A stretch of DNA of 64,000 nt, taken from Deltaproteobacteria bacterium (GTDB lineage: Bacteria > JAGRBM01 > JAHCIT01). The stretch's first letter is position 1. Every line of letters begins with the position of its first letter. This document shows, in pieces, positions 45,547 to 56,639 of the stretch. Location of the stretch: the NCBI GenBank assembly GCA_026129095.1, contig JAHCIT010000002.1, positions 310,001-374,000 on the forward strand, given 5' to 3'. Both the position numbers and the translations under genes were made by a program. Under the pieces are notes generated by a model. It worked only from the letters and a program-made list of their open reading frames with translations. It made no database searches and had not been told where the DNA came from.

Positions 45547-46583
45547 AGGATGAAATCCTCTTTCCCGCGGGGCCGCCGCTCCACCGTCCCGATGATCCAT
45601 GCCCGTTCCCGGCGGCCCCGGAGCGACCGGACCAGGGCGCTTCCCTGCCCTTTTCTTACCACAAGGCAGTAGCCCACGCCGCAGTTGAACGTGGCCAGCA
45701 TTTCCGCATCGTCGATGTCCCCGGCATTCTGCAACACCTGGAAAACCGGCGGCAACGACCACGAGCTGCGGTCAATCACGGGCCTCACGGAAGCGGGGAA
45801 CTGGCGCGGCAGGTTCCCAGGCAGTCCGCCTCCGGTGATGTGCGCCATGCCACGGATGTCAAAGCGGGAGAGCAGCGGCAGCACCGTCTTCACGTAAATG
45901 CGCGTCGGCTCGATCAGTGCTTCACCGAGAGGCCGCCGGAGCGGAGCATACGTCCGGCGCAGGTCGAGTTTCCGGTCGGCGACGATCCGGCGGACCAGCG
46001 AGTATCCGTTTGAATGGACACCTGAGGAAGCGAGGGCGATAATCTCGTCCCCCGGCCGGATCCGCTGGCCGGTTACAAGCCTTTTGCGCTCGGCCACGCC
46101 GACCACAAAGCCAGCGAGGTCGTACTCCCCCGGTTTGTAAAAACCCGGCATCTCGGCGGTTTCACCGCCGAGGAGGGTGCATTGCCCCTCAAGGCAGCCC
46201 CGTGCAATGCCAGAAATAACCTGCTCGGCCGTGCCGACATCCAGTTTTCCGGTGGCGAAATAGTCGAGGAAAAACAGCGGGCGGGCACCCTGCACCAGCA
46301 CATCGTTCACGCACATCGCCACCAGATCGATTCCAACCGAGCCATGCCGCTTCAGATCGAAAGCCAGCCTGAGCTTGGTGCCAACACCATCGGTGCCCGA
46401 GACGAGCACCGGCTCGCGGTACCCCTTCGGCAGCCGGAACAGTCCGCCAAATCCCCCGAGCCCGCCCATCGTTCCGGCGATGCGGGTCCGGCGGGCCAGC
46501 GGCGCGATGCGGTCTACAAGCCGGTCCCCGGCCTCGACATCCACGCCAGCCGCCCGGTACGTCAGCTTTGTCCTGGAAGTCAC
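45540..46583 (-). CDS. purM: Phosphoribosylformylglycinamidine cyclo-ligase
   Basis: YRAAGVD, TDGVGTK, GGETAEMP, HSNGYSL and HITGGG. Start is 46583 or 46649. Confidence 0.97.
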   Translation of the reverse strand: MTSRTKLTYRAAGVDVEAGDRLVDRIAPLARRTRIAGTMGGLGGFGGLFRLPKGYREPVLVSGTDGVGTKLRLAFDLKRHGSVGIDLVAMCVNDVLVQGARPLFFLDYFATGKLDVGTAEQVISGIARGCLEGQCTLLGGETAEMPGFYKPGEYDLAGFVVGVAERKRLVTGQRIRPGDEIIALASSGVHSNGYSLVRRIVADRKLDLRRTYAPLRRPLGEALIEPTRIYVKTVLPLLSRFDIRGMAHITGGGLPGNLPRQFPASVRPVIDRSSWSLPPVFQVLQNAGDIDDAEMLATFNCGVGYCLVVRKGQGSALVRSLRGRRERAWIIGTVERRPRGKEDFILC

Positions 46584-46651
46584 GGAATCAACGGCCTTTC
46601 CGGAGGACGGGACTACCTTACCCGTCCGGCGGCGGTCAATCGAAAACACCC

Positions 46652-49600
46652 TTACGGCGTACAGGCAGAAACCTTGCAGGTCTCGCCAAAGAAGGCCTCG
46701 CAGGCGCTCCCGATGCCGTTGCCATCGGAATCGATCTGGTCCGGGTTGGCCGTGCAGGGGCAGTTGTCCGCCGAATCGATGATCCCGTCGCAGTCGGAAT
46801 CAGGCACGTTCGGATCGGTCTGGAAGCCGCCAGGCCTCAGGCCGAAATTCTCGATAACATCAGGCACGCCGTCGCCGTCGGTATCGGCCGGATCGATCAC
46901 CGGAAGCGCGCAGGGCCCCGGCCCCGGTTCACATTTGCAGCCATCAACACTGTCCAGAATGCCGTCCTGGTCGGCGTCATCTAGGAAGGGATTCGGAGCA
47001 TAGTAGAGCGGACAGATATCCAGATAGTCGATGACGCCGTCCCCATCAGTATCCTGAAGCGCCGGGCTGGAAGGATACGGGCGCGACAGCGAGGGCGGAT
47101 CCATCGGCCGCGGCTGGATCTCCTGGTTGTCGGTAAGCCCGTCCAGATCGAAATCGCGGGAAGTGAGCGGAAGCAGCGTGAATGCCGGATCACAGGCATC
47201 ACCAACGCCATCCCAGTCCGAGTCGGCCTGATTCAGGTTCGGAATCGTGGGGCAGTTGTCGATATCGTCCGGCCAGCTGTCGCCGTCGGTATCTTCCAGC
47301 AGCGGATCAGTACGGAAAACAATACCAGCCACATTCCATCCGCGCAGCTCGTCTCCATCGGATATCCCGTCCCCGTCCGTGTCGGCGAGCATCGGATTGA
47401 GCATTGTGGGCGGTGCGGGAAGCGGCGGGTCCGGATTCGTCGGGTCGAAACGGGCTATCTGGTAGGAGCGTGTGCAGGGGATCCGGAGCGCCGGGCACAT
47501 GCGCCCGGCGCGGGCCTCGCCCACACAGACGGGCGGCAGCAGCCCACGGCAGGCCTCGTGCTCTGGAGTGCAGTTCCCCGGATCATTGAAACAGATATCC
47601 TCGGCCGTGTCGGCAAAGGCGAACACCTGCTGGAAGAAAATAAACCGGAGGTCATTCACGTCGCTGAAGCTGCCGTTGTGGTCCACGTCGATAGCCACTT
47701 CATTCGCGTCCGGCAGCCCGTCACCGTCGGTGTCGGATCGTGTAGGCGAAGTGCCATAGGGCACCGGCGCCGTTGGGAGACAGTCGGGTTGTCCCGCACC
47801 ACCGCACTCCTCGATCACGTCAATCAGGCCGTCGCCGTCGGAATCCGGAAGCCCTGAATTGCCTCCGTACGGGCTCTGGTCCGACCCGTCCAGAATGCCG
47901 TCGCCGTCGGTATCGGGATCCAGCAGCGGGTATGTGCGCTCGCCCGAAAAAGGGACAACGACCTGCGGAATCAAGCAGCCCGGATCGACAAACACGCGGC
48001 AACCGGCGAACTGGCTGAGCCGGTCCCATTCGGCACCGTCGGTTTCTCCATCCAGGTCCGAATCGGGAGCAAAAGGGTGCGTTCCCAGTTTGCAGACCGG
48101 AACAGGGGCCGCACAGGCATTGTTTAGCTCAACCCTGAGTTCCTCGGCAGTGACCGGCGTTCCGGCAGACAGCAGAGCCTGAACCAGCGGAGGGAACCCT
48201 TCCAGCACATCCGGAATACCGTCGTTGTCGTCGTCAGGATCCGCGTTGTCGCCGATGCCGTCCAGATCGTTGTCGAACGCCTCCAGTGGATCGTACGGAA
48301 ACCGGTCCTGCTCGTTCGGCACGCCGTCGCCGTCGATATCCGGATCGTCGCGGTTCGGGATACCGTCGCCATCAAAATCGGCATCCGGGTGCAGAAGCCC
48401 GCACTGGTTCAACGGGTCGGACGGGCAGGGATCGGCATTGTCACCGATGCCGTCACCGTCGGTGTCGATCGTCTCGCCTGGATCGTTGGGAAACCGGTCG
48501 CCGGACAACGGGCAGTCCGGTATCACCCGCGGATCGCCGTTCGGCCGGATGTTCGGGCAGCCGTCGTTGTCCCAGTCGTCATCGATCGAATCGGGAACGA
48601 GGTCACAGCGGCCAAGGGCGCTCGGGCAGTAGAAGTCAGGCCGCTCGGGGAGCGCACGGTCGATATCGACAGGATCGGAAATGCCGTCCCGGACGAAATC
48701 CCGGTCCAGTTCGTTCGGAATGCCGTCACCATCGATATCCGGATCGTCGCGGTTCGGTGTTCCATCACCATCGAGATCACCCAGCGGGAGCAGGTCATCG
48801 CAGATTGTCGCCGGATTGATAACAAGCGCCGTGCCGTCAATCCCGGTCGAGATTTCCACAAAACCGGAACTGGAAGGATCGTTGGCCGGATTAACACCCA
48901 GGTCATCCACCATGCCGTCCTGGTTGCCGTCAATGGGACACCGGACAATCAGGGAATCATCGAACCGGAGCAGAATGACCGGCCGGGTATCAGGATCCGG
49001 GTCCTCCGCATCAGGAATGCAGGGAGTGAGGCCCACGGCCTTGCCGCCGGGACCGTCATCGTTGCAGTCGGCGTTGTCGCCCACTCCGTCGCCGTCGGTG
49101 TCACTCCACTCGGTCTTGTCACGCGGAAAGGCGTCCAGAAAATCCGGCACACCATCGTTATCAATGTCCGCTTCGAGTATATCGGGTATCCCGTTTTCAT
49201 TCGTGTCGGCCATCTGGAACGAGATGTCGAGCTCGTCACCGATCAGGTTGCCGATCTCCATCTGCCCGGAAAGCGCCGCACTGTCCGGGGCGGATGCTGT
49301 AATCGGGAAGAAATCACTTTTCTGTGTCGGGTCGAACTGGAACAGGAACATGTTGTTCCCGGCCAGCCTGGAAACGAACGAATCGGTGAGCCGCTGGTCC
49401 AGTTCCGTGACGTCTATGACCCGGTTACCCCTGAAGACCGGATAATTATCCCGCCGGGCATCGATACGCTGGAGTTTCTGCACCAGCGCGGCGTTGATCA
49501 GCGGCCCGTCAAGGATGTCGGCCACGCCGTCATTGTCATCGTCAGGGTCGGCATTGTCGCCAATACCGTCTCCATCGTTGTCGTACCATTCGTTCGGATC

Positions 49601-49771
49601 GAACGGGAAGGCATCAAAGGCATTCGGCACCCCGTCACCGTCGCTGTCCAGGAGCGAAACCCGCGAATTGCAGCCTGCGGCAAGAATGGCGCAGGCCAGC
49701 GCCGCCATCAGTAAGCGCACTCGCAAGACAGCACGAAACAGCCGTGCATCCGGTGTCGGAACCCAGCGCAT
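46652..49771 (-). CDS. Large thrombospondin type-3 repeat calcium-binding lipoprotein
   Basis: Lipobox LAAGC; more than 25 DxDxDG motifs and DNCP...NxxQxDxDxDGxGDACD repeats. Start uncertain (49708-49828). Confidence 0.85.
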   Translation of the reverse strand: MRWVPTPDARLFRAVLRVRLLMAALACAILAAGCNSRVSLLDSDGDGVPNAFDAFPFDPNEWYDNDGDGIGDNADPDDDNDGVADILDGPLINAALVQKLQRIDARRDNYPVFRGNRVIDVTELDQRLTDSFVSRLAGNNMFLFQFDPTQKSDFFPITASAPDSAALSGQMEIGNLIGDELDISFQMADTNENGIPDILEADIDNDGVPDFLDAFPRDKTEWSDTDGDGVGDNADCNDDGPGGKAVGLTPCIPDAEDPDPDTRPVILLRFDDSLIVRCPIDGNQDGMVDDLGVNPANDPSSSGFVEISTGIDGTALVINPATICDDLLPLGDLDGDGTPNRDDPDIDGDGIPNELDRDFVRDGISDPVDIDRALPERPDFYCPSALGRCDLVPDSIDDDWDNDGCPNIRPNGDPRVIPDCPLSGDRFPNDPGETIDTDGDGIGDNADPCPSDPLNQCGLLHPDADFDGDGIPNRDDPDIDGDGVPNEQDRFPYDPLEAFDNDLDGIGDNADPDDDNDGIPDVLEGFPPLVQALLSAGTPVTAEELRVELNNACAAPVPVCKLGTHPFAPDSDLDGETDGAEWDRLSQFAGCRVFVDPGCLIPQVVVPFSGERTYPLLDPDTDGDGILDGSDQSPYGGNSGLPDSDGDGLIDVIEECGGAGQPDCLPTAPVPYGTSPTRSDTDGDGLPDANEVAIDVDHNGSFSDVNDLRFIFFQQVFAFADTAEDICFNDPGNCTPEHEACRGLLPPVCVGEARAGRMCPALRIPCTRSYQIARFDPTNPDPPLPAPPTMLNPMLADTDGDGISDGDELRGWNVAGIVFRTDPLLEDTDGDSWPDDIDNCPTIPNLNQADSDWDGVGDACDPAFTLLPLTSRDFDLDGLTDNQEIQPRPMDPPSLSRPYPSSPALQDTDGDGVIDYLDICPLYYAPNPFLDDADQDGILDSVDGCKCEPGPGPCALPVIDPADTDGDGVPDVIENFGLRPGGFQTDPNVPDSDCDGIIDSADNCPCTANPDQIDSDGNGIGSACEAFFGETCKVSACTP

Positions 49772-49944
49772 GAGATGCAGTAAATCTATGAAATTGCTGG
49801 ATAAAGCGCAACCAAACCTGTGTATCAACGGACCAAAACTCCGGTAAAACTTTGTGAGGCGGTCCCGATCTGGAAAACAGGGGGATACCGGTCAAAAAGA
49901 GCGCTTCCATGATCCGGACTGTGCGTTTACAATCCATTGGAATT

Positions 49945-51063
49945 ATGAAGCTTTTCCGATCTCCTGGGGGTGCTCGCCGCACCGGCATTCCTTCCACTGT
50001 TCTGGTCACACTGTGCGCATGTGCAGCCATTTGTGCCCCGGCGGCCCTCCAGCTCCATGCCAATGAGCCCGAAAACGCCCCGGAAAAGGGCACAAGAATA
50101 GTCTCATTCGATAAAAACGGGGATAAACGGCCGGACAAGTGGGCGGTCTTTGTAGACGGCATCGTGACCGAGATCGCCTATGACCGCAATCACGACGGCA
50201 AGCCGGACTTCTGGGAATACCTGAACCCCAATGGCCGCATGGCCCGGACCGAGGCGGACAACAACCATGACGGCAAGCCGGACCTCGTTGTTTTCTATTC
50301 CAACGGGCATCTCTCCTTCAAAATCATCGATGACGATTTCGACAGCGTGCCGGACCGGGTGGTCTATTTCGACGGCGACGAACGCACCGGACTCAGCTCC
50401 GAGGAGTTCACTCACCTGAAGCAGAACCCCGAAGCAGCGCTGGACCCCGCAACCCGGCCTGCCAGGCGCGCTTCCGCTCCACGGGCATCCGGCATCCGCA
50501 AGCCAAAACCGGTCATTGCCCGGCCGGGGATATCCCCGGCTGCTGTGCCTTCCGAAGCAGAAGACCCCGCATTCTTCCCTCTGGGCCCCGATTTTCTCAT
50601 ACGGGTGCCGGTCCCGGGTGGGGCGGCCGCGCTGTCTGAAAACCGGACCTGGATGGTCGAGCGCGAGCCCCGGCTGTTCCGCTGGCCGGACGACGGGACC
50701 GGATTTGAACTCCAGAATACCCCGACACAAGGAGCGATCCGGATCCGCTACCAGAACCGGGATGACCCGGGAAGCCAGGTCACGCACGATGGGCTCGAGC
50801 GCCGGCTGGATTCCTATGCGCGGCGGGCATTCGGCCGGCTGCTTCATGTGAACGAGAGCGGCCGGCAGATCCTGACGGCCCTCGGCCCCGGCCGGCTCGG
50901 TGTCTACACAGTCAAATACCAGCGGCAGTCCTACCGGGTATCGCTGTGCGCGGTGGCGGCAAAGGAACACTGGATATTCTTCCTGGCAGCAGCGCCACGG
51001 GACACCCACACGGCCCTCGAAAGCGCCCTGCTGGAGATGTTACAGGGCATCCGGATCGGCTAG
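49945..51063 (+). CDS. Hypothetical secreted protein with DxNxDGxxD repeats
   Basis: Signal-like hydrophobic segment; DKNGDKRPD, DRNHDGKPD, DNNHDGKPD and DDDFDSVPD. Confidence 0.7.
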   Translation: MKLFRSPGGARRTGIPSTVLVTLCACAAICAPAALQLHANEPENAPEKGTRIVSFDKNGDKRPDKWAVFVDGIVTEIAYDRNHDGKPDFWEYLNPNGRMARTEADNNHDGKPDLVVFYSNGHLSFKIIDDDFDSVPDRVVYFDGDERTGLSSEEFTHLKQNPEAALDPATRPARRASAPRASGIRKPKPVIARPGISPAAVPSEAEDPAFFPLGPDFLIRVPVPGGAAALSENRTWMVEREPRLFRWPDDGTGFELQNTPTQGAIRIRYQNRDDPGSQVTHDGLERRLDSYARRAFGRLLHVNESGRQILTALGPGRLGVYTVKYQRQSYRVSLCAVAAKEHWIFFLAAAPRDTHTALESALLEMLQGIRIG

Positions 51064-51084
51064 CGTGGCGGGACAGGGATCGGC

Positions 51085-51600
51085 ATGGCGGACAGGCAAC
51101 CGGATGACAACGATGAGACCGTGATCGGTGGCGACATTGATCTGGACGCACTTGTCGCGGAAATCGACAGCCGGCGACCAGACGCTGCACCGGCATCCGG
51201 CGGAGCCAGTGACGATCTGGAGATGGTCGAGATGGATACAGCTTCGGACCTCGAGATGGTCGAACTGGATGCGGAGCCAGAACCGCCAGTACCGGCGCCT
51301 GCCCCGGCAGCTCCGCTTCCCGACTGGCTTGGAGACGATCTGCCAGTCAAACCCGTGCAGGCCGATACGGCCATCGCAGTCAATCTGGCAGATGGCGGAG
51401 AGGAACCGGAGCTGGACCTTCGCCACGAGTTCCAGCGGGAAACCGCGCCCGATCCGTCGTTCGTCATTGATGACGATGTGGACGAGATTCCGAAAGTTAT
51501 ATGCGGCAAGTGCGGAACCCGCAACGAGGTCACGCGCCGCACATGCCGGAACTGCGGCGACCGGCTGAAGATTCCGGAAGAATACCAGCAGGCCGAGTAG
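51085..51600 (+). CDS. Acidic low-complexity protein with C-terminal zinc ribbon
   Basis: D/E-rich N-terminus; CGKCG...CRNCG. Confidence 0.7.
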   Translation: MADRQPDDNDETVIGGDIDLDALVAEIDSRRPDAAPASGGASDDLEMVEMDTASDLEMVELDAEPEPPVPAPAPAAPLPDWLGDDLPVKPVQADTAIAVNLADGGEEPELDLRHEFQRETAPDPSFVIDDDVDEIPKVICGKCGTRNEVTRRTCRNCGDRLKIPEEYQQAE

Positions 51601-51619
51601 ACCGGCAGGACAGGGATTC

Positions 51620-54436
51620 ATGAAGGGCCTCAAGACCGCAGCGGAACTGAAACAGGAGTGGCAACGCCAGCTCCGCTGGGTAGCGCCGTTTTTCGTCCGC
51701 ACCAACGAGGCGGTTTCACTGCCCTTGCGGGCTTGGGGCCTGTGCGTCATGGCGGCCACAATCGCCGTCGGATTCCTGTACCTTCTCGTATACCTGTCGG
51801 TTTCCGAGCGGTTTGATGTCTACCTGAGCACCATCAACCGGACCGGCCTGTACGGCATGGGCGCCTTTTCGGCCATCACCACGACACTGCTCCTGCTTGT
51901 CGTCAACTACCAGTGGCTGCTCCGCCACAATACACGGCTCACAGAACTGGTCCGGCGCCGCCAGACGCCATCAACCGAGCTGGTTCACCAGGCGATCGAC
52001 GAACTGTCCCGGTTCCCCATTACCGAAACCCTGATTTCCCTCTTTGTCTGGTTTTTTGCCGCCGGCCTCTGGTACCTGGGCTTCAGCCACTTCGCGGAAC
52101 TCCCGGCGCCGCTTGTCCGGTTCATCGCCATCGGAGTCGCGTGCGAGGGCCTGCTCCTCGCCCCTTACCAGTATTTCTTCTTCCGGATGATGGTCGCCTA
52201 CGACTACGACAAGATATCCGGCCTGCTGGATGAGCCGTATTACCCCGAAAAGATCCGGCTGGTTACGATGCAGCGCAAGATCGCCGGATCCATCCTTGTC
52301 CTGCTGGTGGCATCACTGGTCGCGTTCTTCTTCACTACCCGGTACCTGAGCATCTGGAACCTCCAGGGCCGAACCGTGGAAGTCGGCCGCGACCTCCTGA
52401 CGGCATCGGCATTCAGTGTCTCGGGCACGCTGGGCGAATCCGGACTGTTTGCCGGAATGGACTATGACACGTTCCGCATTGACGAGGCCCGCCGGCTCAT
52501 TGACACGATGGACCGGGCCACCAACCAGCCGCTGTTTCTCGTCGACCGGAACGGCAGCTTCCTGTTCGGCGATCCACGGCGCCTTCCGCGCGGCCTCAGC
52601 CAGAAAATGACGGCCGTGCTCAAGGCGGACGAAAACCTCGAAACCCGGCCCGGCGACTGGATCGAGGACCGCCAGACGCTCGACATGCTCGTCGCCGTCC
52701 GTGTCCGCGACCTCAAAACGGACAACTGGACCGGTCATTATGTGGTCACTTTTTACCTGTTCGATGATATTGAGCGAAGCCTCGACCGGACAGCCTGGAT
52801 AGCGCTGTTCGTCATCGTAGTCATGGTCATCGTGGGACTGCAGGTGTCGCTGCTTGGCGCAACCGATTTCACGACGCCGGTGGGCCGGATGAATGACATC
52901 GCCGCAAGCGTTGCCGACGGCGATCTCACCCGCGAGCTTCAGGTGCTCTCCGAAGACGAGATCGGCAGCCTGGGCAAGAGCTTCTCCAGCATGCTGGGCA
53001 CTATCCAGCACACGCTCCGGCGTGTCGGGCGTTCGGCCGACGAGGTTGACCAGGTGATCGGCCAGATCAGCGCAGTCGCCGACCGGGTCTCAAAGGGCGG
53101 GTCGAGCCAGATCGTCAGTGTCCGGGAAGCCTCGCAGCACCTGGACCTGCTCCACAACTCGATCCGGTCGATCGGCGAGAACGTGTCGGTACTCAACGAA
53201 TCGGCCGAGGAAAGCTCCAGCTCGGTCAGCCAGATGTCCCTCCAGGTGACGACCATCAACCAGAACGTCGTGAAACTTTCCGAGTCGGTCGAGGAAACGA
53301 GCACCGCCATCGAGGAGATGCTCAGGTCCATCGAACAGGTCGGCGGGTCGGTAGGACGCCTGAAGGGTATCTCGTCCGATTCGACCAATGCGCTGGAAAA
53401 ACTGAACGGCCTTATCTCCAAGGTGGAAGCAAATGCCAAGTCCACGGATGAACTGGCCCGCCAGACAGCCCGCCATGCCAGGACCGGCACCAAGTCGGTA
53501 GACGACATGATCGCCGGCATCGAGACGATCCGCACATCCTTTACGCAGATGCAGCACGTCATCGAGTCGCTGCACGAATCGGCAAGCGACATCGGCAACA
53601 TTCTGGGCGTCATCCGCGACATCGCCGACCGGACGAACCTGCTCTCCCTGAACGCCTCGATCATCGCCGCCCAGGCCGGCGAGCACGGCAAGGGCTTCTC
53701 CGTAGTGGCAAACGAAATCCTGTCGCTCGCTAACTCGACGGCAACCAATACCCGCGACATCGAGCGGCGGATCGAAACCCTCCAGAGCGAGTCGCAGAAG
53801 GCGATCAAGGCGGTCGAACAGGGTTCAGAGGCTATCGGCCGGGGCCTGTCGCTTTCGCATGACGCAGGTGCCGCGCTCAAGGAGATCGCCGCCTCGGCCG
53901 AGCAGTCGGCGGCCATGGTCAAGCTGATCGTCACCACCACCAACGAGCAGTCGGCCGAGGCCAGCAACGTGAGCCGGGCGTTCGACGAAGTGGCCGCGAT
54001 GGTGAGCCAGATTTCACGCGCCACGCAGGAGCAGACGCACGGAACCGGCCGGATATCGAACGCCACGGTCGAGATGCGCGATGTGGCTTCTGCCGTGTCG
54101 GCCCTGCTCGGCGAGCACCGGCACCATTCGGCCCAGATCGTCGGCGCGATGAAAAACATCACCGAGATGATCCACTACATCAGCGAGGCACAGAACCAGG
54201 AAACCGCCACCTGCGATGAAGTCCAGAAACTCGTGACCGAAATCGTCCGGGTGTCGGAAATCTATGCCGGCGAAGCCAGCACGCTGAATGAGTCCATCCT
54301 GACACTCCAGAAACTGTCCAATACCCTGCGCGAGGAACTCAGCCGGTTCGTCCTGAGTCCTGGCGGAAATGGTGCGGCAGCTCCGGCGTCAGGCCCCGGC
54401 GAGCCGCCCCGCCCCGGAACCCCGGCCATTCACTAG
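51620..54436 (+). CDS. Methyl-accepting chemotaxis protein
   Basis: Multiple TMs, periplasmic domain, HAMP (GDLT...DEIGSL) and signalling hairpin [33 protein letters not shown]. Confidence 0.93.
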   Translation: MKGLKTAAELKQEWQRQLRWVAPFFVRTNEAVSLPLRAWGLCVMAATIAVGFLYLLVYLSVSERFDVYLSTINRTGLYGMGAFSAITTTLLLLVVNYQWLLRHNTRLTELVRRRQTPSTELVHQAIDELSRFPITETLISLFVWFFAAGLWYLGFSHFAELPAPLVRFIAIGVACEGLLLAPYQYFFFRMMVAYDYDKISGLLDEPYYPEKIRLVTMQRKIAGSILVLLVASLVAFFFTTRYLSIWNLQGRTVEVGRDLLTASAFSVSGTLGESGLFAGMDYDTFRIDEARRLIDTMDRATNQPLFLVDRNGSFLFGDPRRLPRGLSQKMTAVLKADENLETRPGDWIEDRQTLDMLVAVRVRDLKTDNWTGHYVVTFYLFDDIERSLDRTAWIALFVIVVMVIVGLQVSLLGATDFTTPVGRMNDIAASVADGDLTRELQVLSEDEIGSLGKSFSSMLGTIQHTLRRVGRSADEVDQVIGQISAVADRVSKGGSSQIVSVREASQHLDLLHNSIRSIGENVSVLNESAEESSSSVSQMSLQVTTINQNVVKLSESVEETSTAIEEMLRSIEQVGGSVGRLKGISSDSTNALEKLNGLISKVEANAKSTDELARQTARHARTGTKSVDDMIAGIETIRTSFTQMQHVIESLHESASDIGNILGVIRDIADRTNLLSLNASIIAAQAGEHGKGFSVVANEILSLANSTATNTRDIERRIETLQSESQKAIKAVEQGSEAIGRGLSLSHDAGAALKEIAASAEQSAAMVKLIVTTTNEQSAEASNVSRAFDEVAAMVSQISRATQEQTHGTGRISNATVEMRDVASAVSALLGEHRHHSAQIVGAMKNITEMIHYISEAQNQETATCDEVQKLVTEIVRVSEIYAGEASTLNESILTLQKLSNTLREELSRFVLSPGGNGAAAPASGPGEPPRPGTPAIH

Positions 54437-54561
54437 CAGACGCCGCTTTCCCCCTCTTTATTACCCGGCCCGATACAGTTAGGTTTCAGCCTCGTGTTTC
54501 TGCGGGCCGCCGGCCAGTAACTGGCGGCCGCCCCATCAAAAAACGCTCCGGGGGACCAACC

Positions 54562-55713
54562 ATGAGCAAGCGAAAACTGGCTCTGCCGCTCATTTGCACA
54601 GGCCTGGTGCTGGCCTTCCAGCCGGGTTGCCAGAAAGGCGGCCAGCAAGAACCGGCGACGATCCGGATCGGCGAATATGCCTCGCTGACCGGAGCCACAG
54701 CGACCTTCGGGATCTCCTCCAGCCGGGGCAGCCGGATGGCCACCGAGGAGTGGAACGCCCGGGGCGGTCTCCTGGGCAAGAAGATCGAGCTCATCACCCT
54801 GGATAACCAGTCCAAGCCCGAAGAGGCCCGTCTCACTGCGCTCCGGCTCATTAACGAAAGCAAGGTCATTGCCCTGCTCGGAGAGGTGGCCTCATCCCGT
54901 TCCCTCGCCGTGGCCCCCGAGGCCCAGCGTTACCGGGTGCCGATGGTCTCGCCCGCTTCCACCAACCCTGCCGTGACCGAAACCGGGGACTACGTTTTCC
55001 GCGCCTGCTTCATCGATCCCTTCCAGGGATCGGCTATGGCCAAGTTCGCCTACGAGGATCTCGGCCTGCGGAAAGCGGCCGTGCTGTTCGATGTCCGCAA
55101 CGACTACTCCGTCGGGCTGAAGACGTTTTTCATGCAGAAGTTCAGGGAACTGGGCGGCCAGATCGTCATTGAAACGAGTTATGCCGAGAAGGATATCGAG
55201 TTCCGTGCGCAGCTCACCCAGATCCGCGAAGCAAAGCCCGAATTCGTATTCCTGCCAGGCTACTACAACGAGGTGGGCCTGATTGCGCGGCAGGCGAGAG
55301 AACTCGGCCTCACCGTTCCGATGCTTGGCGGCGACGGGTGGGATTCAACCAAGACGGTGGAAATCGGCGGCGAGGCGGTTGAGGGCTTCTATTTTTCCAA
55401 CCACTACGCTTCCGACGATCCCAGCCCCGCCATCCAGGAGTTCATCTCCCGGTTCAAGGTAAAATACGGCGAGGTCCCTGATGCCATGGCCGTGCTGGGC
55501 TATGACGCTGCCGGAATGCTCTACAGCGCCATCGAGCGGAGCGGCTCCACCGATCCGGCGAAAATCCGCGACGCACTGGCCGCGACGAGGGATTACCCCG
55601 GTATCTCGGGCGTCATCTCGATGGATGAGAAGCGGAATGCGCGCAAGCCGCTCATCGTTCTCCAGATCAGGGGCGGAAAATTCGTCTACCATAAATCGGT
55701 CAGTCCGGACTGA
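54562..55713 (+). CDS. livK: Branched-chain amino acid ABC transporter substrate-binding protein
   Basis: Lipoprotein-like signal (QPGC), type I periplasmic binding fold motifs; first gene of the liv operon. Confidence 0.88.
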   Translation: MSKRKLALPLICTGLVLAFQPGCQKGGQQEPATIRIGEYASLTGATATFGISSSRGSRMATEEWNARGGLLGKKIELITLDNQSKPEEARLTALRLINESKVIALLGEVASSRSLAVAPEAQRYRVPMVSPASTNPAVTETGDYVFRACFIDPFQGSAMAKFAYEDLGLRKAAVLFDVRNDYSVGLKTFFMQKFRELGGQIVIETSYAEKDIEFRAQLTQIREAKPEFVFLPGYYNEVGLIARQARELGLTVPMLGGDGWDSTKTVEIGGEAVEGFYFSNHYASDDPSPAIQEFISRFKVKYGEVPDAMAVLGYDAAGMLYSAIERSGSTDPAKIRDALAATRDYPGISGVISMDEKRNARKPLIVLQIRGGKFVYHKSVSPD

Positions 55714-55730
55714 TTCTCCGGCGGGGGCGA

Positions 55731-56639
55731 ATGGAACTTTTTCTTCAGCAGCTCGTCAACGGCCTCGCATGGGGAAGCATCTATGTCCTGCTCGCGCTGG
55801 GCTACACGATGGTCTACGGCGTACTGAAGCTGATCAATTTCGCCCACGGCGAGGTATTCATGGCCGGCGCCATGACGGCCTTTTACGTGCATGCCTCACG
55901 GCCTGAACTGATGGCGGCCTGGTCACCCTTCACGGTCATGGCCGTCCTGTTTCTTGCCTCTGCCCTTGTCTGCGCGCTGCTGGCGCTTCTTATCGAACGG
56001 ATCGCCTACCGGCCCCTCCGCTCGGCTCCCCGGCTCTCGGCCCTGATCACCGCCATCGGTGTCTCGCTGCTGCTCCAGAACGCCGGCCAGATGGTGTTCG
56101 GTGCGAACCCCAAGGTGTTTCCCACGATGATCGAATCGAGGCCGCTCCTGACGATGGGAACTGTCGTCGTTTCGAATCTGCAGGCCATCGTCATCCTCAC
56201 CGGCCTCATTCTGGTCGCGGCACTGGAGCTGTTCATCCACCGGACCCGCCTCGGGCGGGCCATCCGGGCCACCTCGTTCAACCCGAAGGCCGCAAGCCTC
56301 ATGGGAATAGACGTGGACCGGGTGATCGCCGCGACCTTCGTGATCGGGGCGGTGATGGCCGCCGCCGCCAGCATCCTCTATGGAATGTTCCTGCCGAAGA
56401 TCGATCCGCTCATGGGGCTCATGCCCGGCCTGAAGAGCTTCGTGGCGGCCGTTCTGGGCGGAATCGGGTCGCTCCCCGGCGCGGCACTGGGCGGCCTCAT
56501 CATGGGGCTGGCCGAGACTTTCGTCACTGGTTACATATCGTCCAATCTGCGCGACGCCATCGCGTTCGTGCTTCTGATATTCATACTGATTTACCGGCCG
56601 GGCGGAATCCTTGGAAACGAACAGCCTGAAAAGGTTTGA
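55731..56639 (+). CDS. livH: Branched-chain amino acid ABC transporter permease
   Basis: QQLVNGL...ALGYTMVYGVLKLINFAHGE and AAVLGGIGS. Confidence 0.93.
   Translation: MELFLQQLVNGLAWGSIYVLLALGYTMVYGVLKLINFAHGEVFMAGAMTAFYVHASRPELMAAWSPFTVMAVLFLASALVCALLALLIERIAYRPLRSAPRLSALITAIGVSLLLQNAGQMVFGANPKVFPTMIESRPLLTMGTVVVSNLQAIVILTGLILVAALELFIHRTRLGRAIRATSFNPKAASLMGIDVDRVIAATFVIGAVMAAAASILYGMFLPKIDPLMGLMPGLKSFVAAVLGGIGSLPGAALGGLIMGLAETFVTGYISSNLRDAIAFVLLIFILIYRPGGILGNEQPEKV

Noticed and set aside
46700-49650. Recurrent CCGTCGCCGTCG-type DNA repeats
   Set aside because: Fully explained by DxDGDG codons of the TSP3 protein.
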